From an uncultured Candidatus Rokubacteria bacterium (GTDB lineage: Bacteria > Methylomirabilota > Methylomirabilia > Rokubacteriales > CSP1-6): DNA of 64,000 bases. Location: assembly GCA_963758635.1 (NCBI GenBank), contig CAVWWD010000008.1, positions 96,001 to 160,000 of the forward strand, given 5' to 3'. Positions 1 to 9,184 of the stretch are shown one piece after another (the first letter of the stretch is position 1; each line of letters begins with the position of its first letter). The notes below the pieces were generated by a model. The model worked only from the letters and a program-made list of their open reading frames with translations, was not told the origin of the DNA and ran no database searches. Both the position numbers and the translations under genes were made by a program.

Positions 1-130
1 CATGCGCTCCACCACGTCGCGCTGGAAGGCGCCGCGTGGTGCCCAGGGCGAAGACGAGGCTCGTGGCCAGCCCCACGACGACGAGCACGCCGAGGAAGTG
101 CAGGTAGATGCGGGAGTGCAGGCGCGCCAT
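1..130 (-). CDS. Sensor histidine kinase, N-terminal fragment (runs off the window)
   Basis: Manual translation from ATG at 130: MARLHSRIYLHFLGVLVVVGLATSLVFALG, a TM helix. Lies directly downstream of an OmpR-family regulator. Confidence 0.65.
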   Translation of the reverse strand, partial: MARLHSRIYLHFLGVLVVVGLATSLVFALGTTRRLPARRGGAH

Positions 131-140
131 GCGGGCCAGG

Positions 141-848
141 CTAGCGCGCGTCCCGCATCAGCACGTAGCCGACCCCGCGCACCGTCCGGATGTAGCGGGG
201 CTCCTTCGGGTCGGGCTCGATCTTCGCGCGCAGCCGCGAGATGTGCACGTCGATGGCGCGGTCGAAGGCCTCGTACTCCTGACCCTTCAGCGTGTCGAGG
301 AGGTACTCGCGCGAGAGCACGCGGCCAGGGGCGCGCGCCAGCGCGGCGAGCAGGTCGAACTCGAAGTGCGTGAGCCGCTGCCGCAGGCCGCGCACCGAGA
401 CCTCGCGGGCGTCGAAGTCGATCTCGAGGTCGCCCACGCGCAGGCGCGGCGTGCCGCCCGCGGGCGCGCGCGCGGCGCCGCGCCGGAGCACGGCGCGGAT
501 GCGCGCGAGGAGCTCGCGCGGGTCGAAGGGCTTGGCGAGGTAGTCGTCGGCGCCGAGCTCGAGGCCCACGACCTTGTCCACGGGGTCGCCCTTGGCGGTG
601 AGCATGACCACGGGCGTTCCCGCGAGAGCAGGGGACGCGCGCATCCGGCGGCACACCTCGAAGCCGTCGATGCCCGGCAGCATCACGTCGAGCAGCACCA
701 CGTCGAACGGCCGCTCGCCGAGCAGGGCGAGACCGCGCTCCCCGTCGCGCGCCACGGTGACGTCGATCTCGTTCTTGCCGAGATACTCGGCCACCAGGGC
801 GCCCAGACGGGCGTCGTCCTCGACGAGGAGCGCGGTCGTCTTGCTCAT
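141..848 (-). CDS. OmpR/CpxR-family response regulator
   Basis: Receiver motifs LLVEDD, LLDVMLP, GADDYLAKPF; winged-helix tail DVHISRLRAKIE, IRTVRGVGY. Confidence 0.95.
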   Translation of the reverse strand: MSKTTALLVEDDARLGALVAEYLGKNEIDVTVARDGERGLALLGERPFDVVLLDVMLPGIDGFEVCRRMRASPALAGTPVVMLTAKGDPVDKVVGLELGADDYLAKPFDPRELLARIRAVLRRGAARAPAGGTPRLRVGDLEIDFDAREVSVRGLRQRLTHFEFDLLAALARAPGRVLSREYLLDTLKGQEYEAFDRAIDVHISRLRAKIEPDPKEPRYIRTVRGVGYVLMRDAR

Positions 849-880
849 GCGCGTTGGCGGTTGGTCACAAAGCCACCTCA

Positions 881-961
881 GCGGTTGTTTCTACTTCATT
901 TCCATATACGTTCACGCCTTCAGGGTTGGCGGTTGTATCCACTGCATTTCCATATACGTTC
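881..961. repeat. Tandem imperfect 33-bp direct repeat (881-913, 929-961)
   Basis: gcggttgtttctacttcatttccatatacgttc vs gcggttgtatccactgcatttccatatacgttc; 3 mismatches; AT-rich in a GC-rich background. Confidence 0.85.
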
Positions 962-993
962 GCCTCGCCTTCGGCTCAGCTCACCCGGCCAGG

Positions 994-1443
994 CTACTCG
1001 TGGCGATGGCGCCGCACGTAGTCGGCGAGCAGCCTGCGCTGGGCCGGCGTGAGCGCCTGGTGCGCGTCCGCCACCGCCTGGCTCACCGCGTCGCCGATCG
1101 CGCGATGGTCCGCCTCCGCGCTCTGCCTGAGCGCCGCGACGCGGGCCGGGTCCAGCGTGTCAGCCTCGAAGAGCGCCAGCACCTCCTCCTTGCGCGCCCC
1201 GCGGCTCCGATGGTGCTGCTCCACCGCCGCGAAGACCCGGTCGCGCGCGGCGTGGATGGCCGCGCGCTGCTCCGGCGTGGCCTGCGCGGCGTCGAGCGCG
1301 TCGTCCACCATGGCCACCGCCACGCGCTTCATGACGGCGTGGTGCACGCCCCGTCCGCCGTGACCCCACGCCAGCGCCCCCGCCCCGACCAGGAGCGTCG
1401 CCCCGAGGACCGTCCCGATTCCAATCACCATGCGTCGTGTCAT
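994..1443 (-). CDS. Spy/CpxP-family periplasmic protein
   Basis: AGGAGG RBS and ATG at 1443; signal peptide; ATPEQR and LTPAQR (LTxxQ) motifs; upstream of the two-component system. Confidence 0.8.
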   Translation of the reverse strand: MTRRMVIGIGTVLGATLLVGAGALAWGHGGRGVHHAVMKRVAVAMVDDALDAAQATPEQRAAIHAARDRVFAAVEQHHRSRGARKEEVLALFEADTLDPARVAALRQSAEADHRAIGDAVSQAVADAHQALTPAQRRLLADYVRRHRHE

Positions 1444-1630
1444 CGCGTCTCCTCCTGTGAGTGGTGTCGCGGGCCGTTGGGCCCGCTCGCCTCGGAGGGT
1501 GCCGCGCGGACGTCGCGCTGATGTGTGCCGTTCGTGAAGAAGTGTAACGATCCCCCGCCCGCCTCCGGGAAGGCTTTTCTGGCCTGGGGCGGCGGCGGTA
1601 CACTGCGCGAGCGTGAAGGAGGCGACGACG

Positions 1631-2152
1631 ATGACATCACATGGCGACATCCGCGGGCGCGCCGTGGTCGTGCAGCCGGGCGAGGGGCCGTCCTTCTGGC
1701 AGCCCGTGCCGGCCAACGGGCACGCCGACCCTGCGCTCCACCCCGGCAACACCGGCTTCGGCGGCCTGTCCATGGGCTACCAGACCATCGCGCCCGGATG
1801 CCGGGTGCGCGAGCACTCGCACGGCGAGCAGGTGGAGATGCAGATCTGCTTCCGTGGCCGCGGACGCGTGGTCGTGGACGGCGCCGCGCATCCGCTGTCG
1901 CCGGGCACGGCGTGCTTCCTGGGCTACGACGTGAAGCACGAGATCCTGAACGAGGGCACGGACGACCTCGTGATGCTGTGGATCGTGAGCCCGCCCGGCC
2001 TGGAGCGGTTCTTCGAGGCCATCGGCCGGCCCCGGCGCGCCGGCGACGCGGCTCCCGAGCCCTTCGCCCGGCCCACGGACGTCGTGTCCATCGAGCGCGC
2101 GATGGGCATGAACGACACTCCGACTGCGCGCCGGGAGGGACCACTGCGATGA
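1631..2152 (+). CDS. Cupin domain protein
   Basis: AAGGAGG RBS; HSH...E...G cupin motif and KHEILN. Confidence 0.85.
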   Translation: MTSHGDIRGRAVVVQPGEGPSFWQPVPANGHADPALHPGNTGFGGLSMGYQTIAPGCRVREHSHGEQVEMQICFRGRGRVVVDGAAHPLSPGTACFLGYDVKHEILNEGTDDLVMLWIVSPPGLERFFEAIGRPRRAGDAAPEPFARPTDVVSIERAMGMNDTPTARREGPLR

Positions 2153-3042
2153 CACTCGGGTGTCACCTTCCCACGCAGGGCGCGGTCGCCACGCGGGAGG
2201 CGCTGCTGCGGTTCGCCGGGCGAGCCGAGGCGCTCCAGATGGCCTCGCTCTGGGTGAGCGATCACGTGGTGTTTCCGCGGAAGAACACCGGCCGCTACCC
2301 GGGCGGCCGCTTCCCGCACGCGCCGGACACGCCGTACCTCGAGCCCGTCGCCGTGCTCGCCGCCGCCGCCGTGTGCACCAGCCGGGCGCGCCTCGGCGCC
2401 TCCGTGTTCATCCTCGGCCACCGGAACCCGGTGGTGATGGCCAAGATGCTCACGACCATCGACACGCTCTCGGGCGGGCGCCTCATCTGCGGCGTCGGCG
2501 TGGGCTGGTGGCAGGAGGAGTTCGACGCGCTCGGCGTGCCGTTCGGCGACCGCGGCAAGCGCGCGGACGAGATGCTCGCCGTGTTCAAGGCCCTCTGGAC
2601 CATGGACAACCCGAGCTTCCAGGGCGAGTTCTACCGCTTCGCCGACATCGGCTTCGCGCCCAAACCCGTGCAGAAGCCGCATCCTCCCATCTGGGTCGGC
2701 GGCGACAGCCCGGGCGCGTTTCGTCGCGTGGCCACCCTCGGCGACGGCTGGCATGCCACCTCGAAGAGCCCGGCCGAGCTGGCCACGGCCCTGCCGCGGC
2801 TCCGCGCCGCCGCGGAGGCGGCGGGGCGCGCGCCCGAGAGCATCGAGCTGTCGATCCGCTTCGTGCTGCGACCCGAGGCGGTGGCGGGGCCGCGCCAGGC
2901 GCTGGTCGACGAGCTGGCCGGCTACAAGGCCCTCGGCCTCACCCACGTGGTGCTGGACTTCCGCCGCAACGATCTCGAGGAGATGCTCGACGTCCTCGAG
3001 CTGGTCGCCACCGAGATCCGCCCCGCGGTGGCGCGCGCGTAG
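2149..3042 (+). CDS. LLM-class (putative F420-dependent) oxidoreductase
   Basis: SLWVSDHVVFP, LSGGRLICGVGVGW, PKPVQKPHPPIWVGG. Confidence 0.9.
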   Translation: MTLGCHLPTQGAVATREALLRFAGRAEALQMASLWVSDHVVFPRKNTGRYPGGRFPHAPDTPYLEPVAVLAAAAVCTSRARLGASVFILGHRNPVVMAKMLTTIDTLSGGRLICGVGVGWWQEEFDALGVPFGDRGKRADEMLAVFKALWTMDNPSFQGEFYRFADIGFAPKPVQKPHPPIWVGGDSPGAFRRVATLGDGWHATSKSPAELATALPRLRAAAEAAGRAPESIELSIRFVLRPEAVAGPRQALVDELAGYKALGLTHVVLDFRRNDLEEMLDVLELVATEIRPAVARA

Positions 3043-3076
3043 CCCGCCGCGGGGACACCCCAAAGGAGACACGACG

Positions 3077-3535
3077 ATGCTCACCGTGGAGACGCCCCAG
3101 GACCTCGCGCAGCACATCGGCCAGAAGCTCGGACCGACCGAATGGCTCACCGTGGACCAGGCGATGATCGACAAGTTCGCCGAGGCCACCGGCGACCACC
3201 AGTGGATTCACGTGGACGTGGAGCGCGCCAAGCGCGAGATGCCGGGCGGCAAGACCATCGCCCACGGCTACCTGACGCTCTCCCTGCTGCCGCGCCTGGC
3301 CCCCACGCTCGTCAAGGTGCAGAAGCGGAGCCGCGGGGTGAACTACGGGTCCAACAAGGTGCGCTTCATCACGCCCGTGCCCGCGGGCGCCCGCGTGCGC
3401 CTGTCCCAGACGATCAAGAGCGTGGAGCCGGTGGAGGGCAACGGCGTGCGCATCACGTCGGAGATGGTGATCGAGGTCGAGGGCCAGCCGCGCCCCGCCA
3501 TGGTCGCGGAGACCCTCGGCATCTCCTACGCCTGA
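3077..3535 (+). CDS. MaoC-family dehydratase
   Basis: FAEATGDHQWIHVD, TIAHGYLTLSL, NYGSNKVRF. Confidence 0.92.
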   Translation: MLTVETPQDLAQHIGQKLGPTEWLTVDQAMIDKFAEATGDHQWIHVDVERAKREMPGGKTIAHGYLTLSLLPRLAPTLVKVQKRSRGVNYGSNKVRFITPVPAGARVRLSQTIKSVEPVEGNGVRITSEMVIEVEGQPRPAMVAETLGISYA

Positions 3536-3539
3536 ACGC

Positions 3540-3664
3540 TCCCCTCTCCCCTCTGGGGAGAGGGCAGGGTGAGGGGCGGCGGCACGTTCTCGCGGCTTGT
3601 CGCCCCGGGGAGCCTCGTCAACCGCCCCTCACCCCGACCCTCTCCCCGAGAGGGGAGAGGGGGG
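3540..3664. repeat. Inverted pair of REP-like palindromes (BIME-like) between convergent genes
   Basis: cccctctcccctctggggagagggcagggtgagggg and its inverted copy cccctcaccccgaccctctccccgagaggggagaggggg. Confidence 0.85.
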
Positions 3665-3667
3665 CGG

Positions 3668-4339
3668 CTACGCGAGGTGCTGGGCGAAGAACTCCATCGT
3701 GCGCTGCCGGGCGAGCTTGGCGCTCGGCTCGTGCCAGCTCCCGCGCTCGTCGCAGTTGAAGCCGTGCCCGGCCGGATAGATGTGCTGCGGGATCTCGGGG
3801 TGCGCCTTCTTCACGGTCTCCCAGTGGTCGGCAGGAATGGACGCGTCGGTCTCGCCGAAGTGGAGCAGCACCGGGCACTTCGGCTTCTCGTTCGCCGCCG
3901 CGGCCACGCCGCCGCCGTAGTAGGGCACGGCCGCCGCGATCCCGTCGATGCGCGTGGCGGCGAGCCACGCCATCGTCCCGCCCAGGCAGTAGCCGACCAC
4001 GCCGACCTTGAGGCCCTCGCTCTTGAGCTGGGTCACCGCCGCCTTCACGTCCATCACGAGCTGGTCGAGGTCGCACTTGCCGCGCGTGGCGCGCCCGCGG
4101 TCGATCTCCTCCTGGCTGTAGCCGGTGTCGTAGTCGCGCTCGACCCGGTCGAAGATCGCGGGGGCGATGGCGACGTAGCCGTCGGCGGCGAAGGCGTCGG
4201 TCACCCGCTTCATGTGCTTGTTGACGCCGAAGATCTCCTGGATCACCACGAGGCCCTTGGCGACCTTGAAGGACGGATCGGCCCGGTAGGCGCCCAGGCG
4301 AAAGCCGTCGTCGGCGGTCAGCGTGATCATCGTGCCCAT
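3668..4339 (-). CDS. Dienelactone hydrolase family protein
   Basis: QEIFGVN, GYCLGG nucleophile motif, AGHGF. Confidence 0.93.
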   Translation of the reverse strand: MGTMITLTADDGFRLGAYRADPSFKVAKGLVVIQEIFGVNKHMKRVTDAFAADGYVAIAPAIFDRVERDYDTGYSQEEIDRGRATRGKCDLDQLVMDVKAAVTQLKSEGLKVGVVGYCLGGTMAWLAATRIDGIAAAVPYYGGGVAAAANEKPKCPVLLHFGETDASIPADHWETVKKAHPEIPQHIYPAGHGFNCDERGSWHEPSAKLARQRTMEFFAQHLA

Positions 4340-4360
4340 CTGTGGTCCTCCTGTTTGGGG

Positions 4361-4461
4361 TGTGAAGGAATGCGGATCTCGGCTTCAGCGAGCGGTCCCC
4401 GCCAACACCGCGCGTCTGCGGACATGCGGCGTGCCATCTCGCCATTCGTTCCCGATCTCCT
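4361..4461 (-). repeat. Dispersed ~95-nt intergenic element, copy 1
   Basis: Aligns by eye with 12041-12133 and 38327-38417. Confidence 0.8.
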
Positions 4462-4485
4462 GTGTGGGGTTCGTGACGACGCCGC

Positions 4486-5355
4486 TCAGGCGGGCGTCCG
4501 CGCCGTGAACACCGTGATCGGGTAGCAGCACCAGTAGTCGGGGCTCTTCAGGACGGACCGGGGCGAGTCGGCCTCGCAGAGGACGTTGCGCCGCTCCCAG
4601 TCGGCGGGGCCGAGCTCCTCGCGGAGGCGCTCGCCCCAGTTGCGATCGAAGACGCCCTGGATGTAGGCGCGCGCCGGCTCGGGGAGCGGGGCCCGGCGCA
4701 CGGCCAGGTAGGTGCGGAGCGTCACCGGCCCGAGGCCGGCCTCGCGCAACGACTCCGGCGTGCGCTGGCGCCGTTCCTGGAACGACCGCTCGCCGGCCTC
4801 CGCGCGGCTCCGCGCGATCTCGGCTTGCTGCAGGCGCTTCTCCAGCTCCGGGTGCCCGGGCAGGAACATGGCGGGCAGCGCCTGCGACTCCTTGATCACG
4901 ACGAGCCCGCCCGGCCGGCACACGCGGATCATCTCCTTGAGCGCGCCCTGGGTGTCCAGGATGTGGTGGAGCACGTCGCCGCACCAGACCCAGTCGAAGC
5001 TGCCGTTCGCGGCCTCGAGGGCGGTGCCGTCGCCGGTGCGGAAGTCGAGCCGGTCCGCCGCGGCCGCCCCGGCCACGAGGGCGCGCGCCGCGTCCACGCG
5101 CTCGGCGGTGGGCTCGATGCCGGTGACGCGCCCGGCCGGTCCCACCGCCTCCGCGAGCCAGAGCGCGTAGAGCCCCACGCCGCAGCCCACGTCGAGCCCG
5201 CGCGAGCCCGCGGGGAGCGCGAGGTCGGCGATGAGCGCGCGGGCCTCGGGCTCCTGGAAGCGGTTCATGCGCTCGAGGGACCGGGTGAAGGGCTCGGGGG
5301 CCGGCGCCGCGCTCACCGCGAGGACCTGCTCTCTGGACGCTCGGGGCCGCGCCAC
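4486..5355 (-). CDS. Class I SAM-dependent methyltransferase (start uncertain)
   Basis: LDVGCGVG motif I, SFDWVW, RVCRPGG; the 5' end overlaps a repeat. Confidence 0.85.
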   Translation of the reverse strand: MARPRASREQVLAVSAAPAPEPFTRSLERMNRFQEPEARALIADLALPAGSRGLDVGCGVGLYALWLAEAVGPAGRVTGIEPTAERVDAARALVAGAAAADRLDFRTGDGTALEAANGSFDWVWCGDVLHHILDTQGALKEMIRVCRPGGLVVIKESQALPAMFLPGHPELEKRLQQAEIARSRAEAGERSFQERRQRTPESLREAGLGPVTLRTYLAVRRAPLPEPARAYIQGVFDRNWGERLREELGPADWERRNVLCEADSPRSVLKSPDYWCCYPITVFTARTPA

Positions 5356-5399
5356 CGCGCTCGGCTCACCGCGAGGACCTGCTCTCTGGACGCTCGGGG
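5311..5399. repeat. Perfect 36-bp direct repeat (5311-5346, 5364-5399) with a 17-bp spacer
   Basis: gctcaccgcgaggacctgctctctggacgctcgggg occurs twice. Confidence 0.9.
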
Positions 5400-5418
5400 T
5401 TGCTCAAGTGCGCTCGGT

Positions 5419-6675
5419 TCACAGCGAAATCGCTCCGACCTCGACGGCCGAGCGGTCGCCCCCGATCACCACGATGCCCTCCTCCGACACGTGGTAGCGC
5501 TTCCGGTCCTCCGCGAGGTCGAAGCCGATGATGGCGTCCTCCGGGATGCGCACGTTCTTGTCGAGGATGGCCCGGCGGATGCGCGCGCGCCGGCCGATGT
5601 CGCAGTTGTCGAAGATGATCGAGTCCTCCACGACCGCGCCGGAGTGCACGCGCACCCAGCGCGACAGCACCGAGTTGCGCACGAGGCCGCCGGACAGGAT
5701 GCAGCCGCCGGACACGACCGAGTCGATGGCCTGACCACGGCGGTCTGTCGTCGTCGAAGGCGAACTTCGCCGGGGGGTCCGCGTAGCTCGCCGTGCGGAG
5801 CGGCCATTGCTTGTTGTAGAGGTTCAGGGCAGGCGAGACCGCGCGCAGGTCCATGGTTGGCCTCGTAGTAGGCGTCGATGGTCCCCACGTCGCGCCAGTA
5901 CGCCTCCTGGCCCGGGGGCTCGCCCGGGATCGGGTTGGTCTGGAAGTCGTACGCGAACATCGCGCTGCGCCCGACCAGCGACGGCAGGACGTCGCGCCCG
6001 AAGTCGTGGCTGCTCTGGGGCTCCGCGGCGTCGCCGTACACCTCGCGCAGCAGCGTCCGCGTCGAGAAGACGTAGTTGCCCATCGACGCGAGCACGCGCT
6101 CGGGATCGCCGGGCATGCTCGGCGCGTCGGCCCGCTTCTCGTGGAAGCCCACGATGCGGCCGTCCGGCGACGTCTCGATCACTCCGAACTCGGCGGCGTG
6201 CCGGCGGTCGACCGGGATGGCCGCCACCGTCACCTCCGCCCGCTTGCGCCTCGTGGAACTCGATCATGTGCCGGATGTTCATCCGGTAGATGTGGTCGGC
6301 CCCGAAGATCGCCACCACGTGGGGATCCGCCTGCTCGACCAGGTTCACGTTCTGGTAGATGGCGTCGGCGGTGCCCTGGTACCAGGTCTCCTGCGGCGAG
6401 CGCATCTGCGCGGGCACCGGGATGATGAACTGGCTCTTGAGGAGCCCGCCCATCTGCCAGCCGTCGGACAGGTGCTGCAGCAGGGACTGGCTCTTGAACT
6501 GCGTCAGCACGTAGATCGAGTGGATGCCGGAGTTGACGAAGTTGGACAGGACGAAGTCGATGATCCGGTACTTGCCCCCGAAGGGCACGGCGGGCTTGGC
6601 CCGCTCCCGCGTCAGGGGATACAGACGCGTCCCCTTGCCGCCGGCGAGAACGAGGCCCAGGACCCGGAGCTGCAT
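5419..6675 (-). CDS. glgC: Glucose-1-phosphate adenylyltransferase (apparent frameshifts)
   Basis: [45 protein letters not shown] and a C-terminal beta-helix, spread over several frames. Confidence 0.93.
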
Positions 6676-6768
6676 GGATGGGGCGATCTTACCGCCTTCG
6701 CGGCTGCCGTGGAAGCACGGGGCTGGCGCCTCCCTTTGGTAAGCTGTCCGCGCTGCCTGGTGGAAGCG

Positions 6769-7116
6769 ATGAGCCAGGACCGGCTGCTTCCCGTGCTCGT
6801 GTCGGTGGCCGTGATCGTCCTCGTGGCCGTCGTGCAGGAGCGCTCACGATACCTCGCCGCGATCCTCGCCTCGATGCCGCTCACCGCGCCGCTGGCGCTC
6901 TGGATCGTCTACTCGGCGACGAAGGGGAACCACGCGGAGACCGCCGCCTTCGCGGGCTCGATGCTCGTCGGGTTCCTGGCCAGCGTGGTGTTCATGGTGG
7001 CGTGCTGGCTGGGCCTGCGCCAGGCATGGAGCCTGCCCGCCGTCCTCGGCGTGGCCGGCCTCGCCTGGCTCGTCGCCATCGCGCTCGCCACGTGGCTGGC
7101 GCGTTGGCGGGCCTGA
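6769..7116 (+). CDS. Small membrane protein (DUF3147-like)
   Basis: Four hydrophobic helices; [10 protein letters not shown] motif. Confidence 0.65.
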   Translation: MSQDRLLPVLVSVAVIVLVAVVQERSRYLAAILASMPLTAPLALWIVYSATKGNHAETAAFAGSMLVGFLASVVFMVACWLGLRQAWSLPAVLGVAGLAWLVAIALATWLARWRA

Positions 7117-7129
7117 AGACCGGGAGGCG

Positions 7130-8290
7130 CTACTCGGCGTCGATCTTGTGGCGGGCGCCCGCCGCCCCGCGCTCGAAGCGCCGCGGGTCGAAGAGCGAGA
7201 GGTCCATCGACGGCTTGCCGTCGAGCAGCCATTCGGAGACGAGGCGGCCGGTGGCGGGCGAGTGCTGGAACCCGTGGCCGCAGAAGCCCACGGCCAGGAA
7301 GAGCCCCTCGACCCCAGGCGCCCAGCCGATGATGGCGTGCTCGTCGGGGGTGAGGGGCCGGAGCCCCGCCCAGCCGCCGGCGATGCGCGCGTCGGCCAGG
7401 ATGGGCAGCCGCTGCACCGCCTTCTCCACCACCTCGTTCACCTTGCCCCAGTCCATCGACGCCGACAGGTCGTCGCCCATGTCCTCCACGTCGCCCGGGC
7501 TCAGCAGGAGCTGCTCCATCTCCTTCCGGAAGTAGAACCCGGTGCGCCGGTCGTGGGTGAGGGGCACCGGTCCCGGGATGGCCGGGAACGGCTCGGTGAA
7601 GAAGATGTGGCGCCGGCGCGGCAGCACGGGCACGTCCACCCCGGCGAGGCGCCCCACGCGCCGCGCGAACGGGCCCGCGGCGTTCACGGCGAGCGCGGTG
7701 TCGATGCGCCCCTGGGACGTGACGACGCCGCGCAGGCGGCCGTCCTCCACGTCGAGCGCGGTCACGTCCGCGCCCTCCACGATGCGCGCCCCGAGCTCGC
7801 GGGCCCGGCGCGCGAAGCCCTGCGTGATCTCCGCGGGGCCGGCGAGGCCGTCGGTCGGTCCCCACACCGCGGCGATCAGGTCGTCCACGCGGAGGGCGGG
7901 CACGCGCGCCTTCGCGTCCTGGGGCGTGATCACGCCGACGTCGACGCCGCAGCGCCGCTGGAGCGCGATGCGCTCCTCGAAGCCGCGGAGGTCGGCCTCG
8001 TCCGAGATCAGGAACAGGTAGCCGATCCGCTGGTAGCCCGGATCGATCCCGAACTCCTCGGCGAACGACGCGAAGACCTGCTGGCTCTCCTGGGAGAAGC
8101 GGATCTCCGTCTCGGTGGAGAACTGCGTGCGGATGCCGCCCGCCGCCTTGCTCGTGGTGCCGGAGCCGACGGTCTCGCGCTCCAGCACCACCACGTCCCG
8201 CTGGCCTCGCCGCGCCAGGTGGTACGCGATCGAGCAGCCGACGACGCCTCCGCCGATCACCACCACGCTCGCCGTCCGCGGGACGTCCAC
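7130..8290 (-). CDS. FAD-dependent oxidoreductase (sarcosine oxidase beta/DAO family)
   Basis: VIGGGVVG, GSGTTSKAAG, WAGLRPLTPD, GFCGHGF. Confidence 0.92.
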   Translation of the reverse strand: MDVPRTASVVVIGGGVVGCSIAYHLARRGQRDVVVLERETVGSGTTSKAAGGIRTQFSTETEIRFSQESQQVFASFAEEFGIDPGYQRIGYLFLISDEADLRGFEERIALQRRCGVDVGVITPQDAKARVPALRVDDLIAAVWGPTDGLAGPAEITQGFARRARELGARIVEGADVTALDVEDGRLRGVVTSQGRIDTALAVNAAGPFARRVGRLAGVDVPVLPRRRHIFFTEPFPAIPGPVPLTHDRRTGFYFRKEMEQLLLSPGDVEDMGDDLSASMDWGKVNEVVEKAVQRLPILADARIAGGWAGLRPLTPDEHAIIGWAPGVEGLFLAVGFCGHGFQHSPATGRLVSEWLLDGKPSMDLSLFDPRRFERGAAGARHKIDAE

Positions 8291-8299
8291 GGGGTCGCC

Positions 8300-9168
8300 C
8301 TACAGCTCGATGCCGAAGTGGCGCTTGAAGCGCGCGTTGTACTCCTCGTCCGGGAGCGCGCCCATCCCCACCCACTCCTCGTCCGACATGCGCGCGCGGC
8401 CCGCCGCGATGCCCTCGGCGTCGGCGCCCACGGGGTAGCGCAGTCGCGGCGTGTCCGTCGTGATGGCGGTCAGGATCACCTCGGCCACGCCCTCCGGCGC
8501 GCCCGGGTTGCGGAAGCCGGCGGCGTAGAACTTCCCGTTGCGCCGCATGATGTGGCGGTACGGCGACGCCCGGTCGAAGTGCGTGTAGGCGGCCGAGTTC
8601 TCGAAGATCGACGTGGCGACGACGCCCGGCTCGATGATGGCGACCCGGATCCCGAACGACGCCACCTCGTGGGCGAGGGCCTCGCTCGCCGCGGCGAGGG
8701 CGTGCTTGGACGCGGAGTAGGGGATCTGGTCCGGGATGGCGAGCCGGCCGGCGATCGAGGTGACGTTGACGATGCAGCCGCTCCCGCGCTCGCGCATGCC
8801 CGGGAGCACGGCGCACCATCATGCGGATGGCGCCCCAGTAGTTGGCCTCGAACAGCATCCGGTGCTCGGCCTCGGGCACCGTCTCGAGCGGCCCGGCGCC
8901 GCCGACGCCCGCGTTGTTCACGAGGACGTCGATCGCGCCGTGGGCGTCGCGCGTGGCGGCCACCGCGCGCTCGATCGAGCCCCGCGTCCGTCACGTCCAG
9001 CTCACGCGTCTCGAGCGGCAGGCCCTCCGCCTTCGCCGCCTCGACGAGCGGCGCTGACTTGGCGAGGTTCCGCATGGTCGCGACCACGCGGTGGCCGGCG
9101 CGCGCCAGGCGGAGCGCGGTGGCGAAGCCGATGCCGGTGCTGGTCCCGGTGACGAGGCTGACGGGCAT
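8300..9168 (-). CDS. SDR oxidoreductase (apparent frameshifts)
   Basis: TGTSTGIG, LVNNAG and YSASK across three frames. Confidence 0.88.
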
Positions 9169-9184
9169 GGGTCGGCGCTCGGAG

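Noticed and set aside
881..961. Possible CRISPR array (33-bp repeats)
   Set aside because: Two imperfect copies with a 15-nt spacer.
5311..5399. Possible mini-CRISPR array (36-bp repeats)
   Set aside because: Only two repeats, a 17-nt spacer, and no cas genes in the window.
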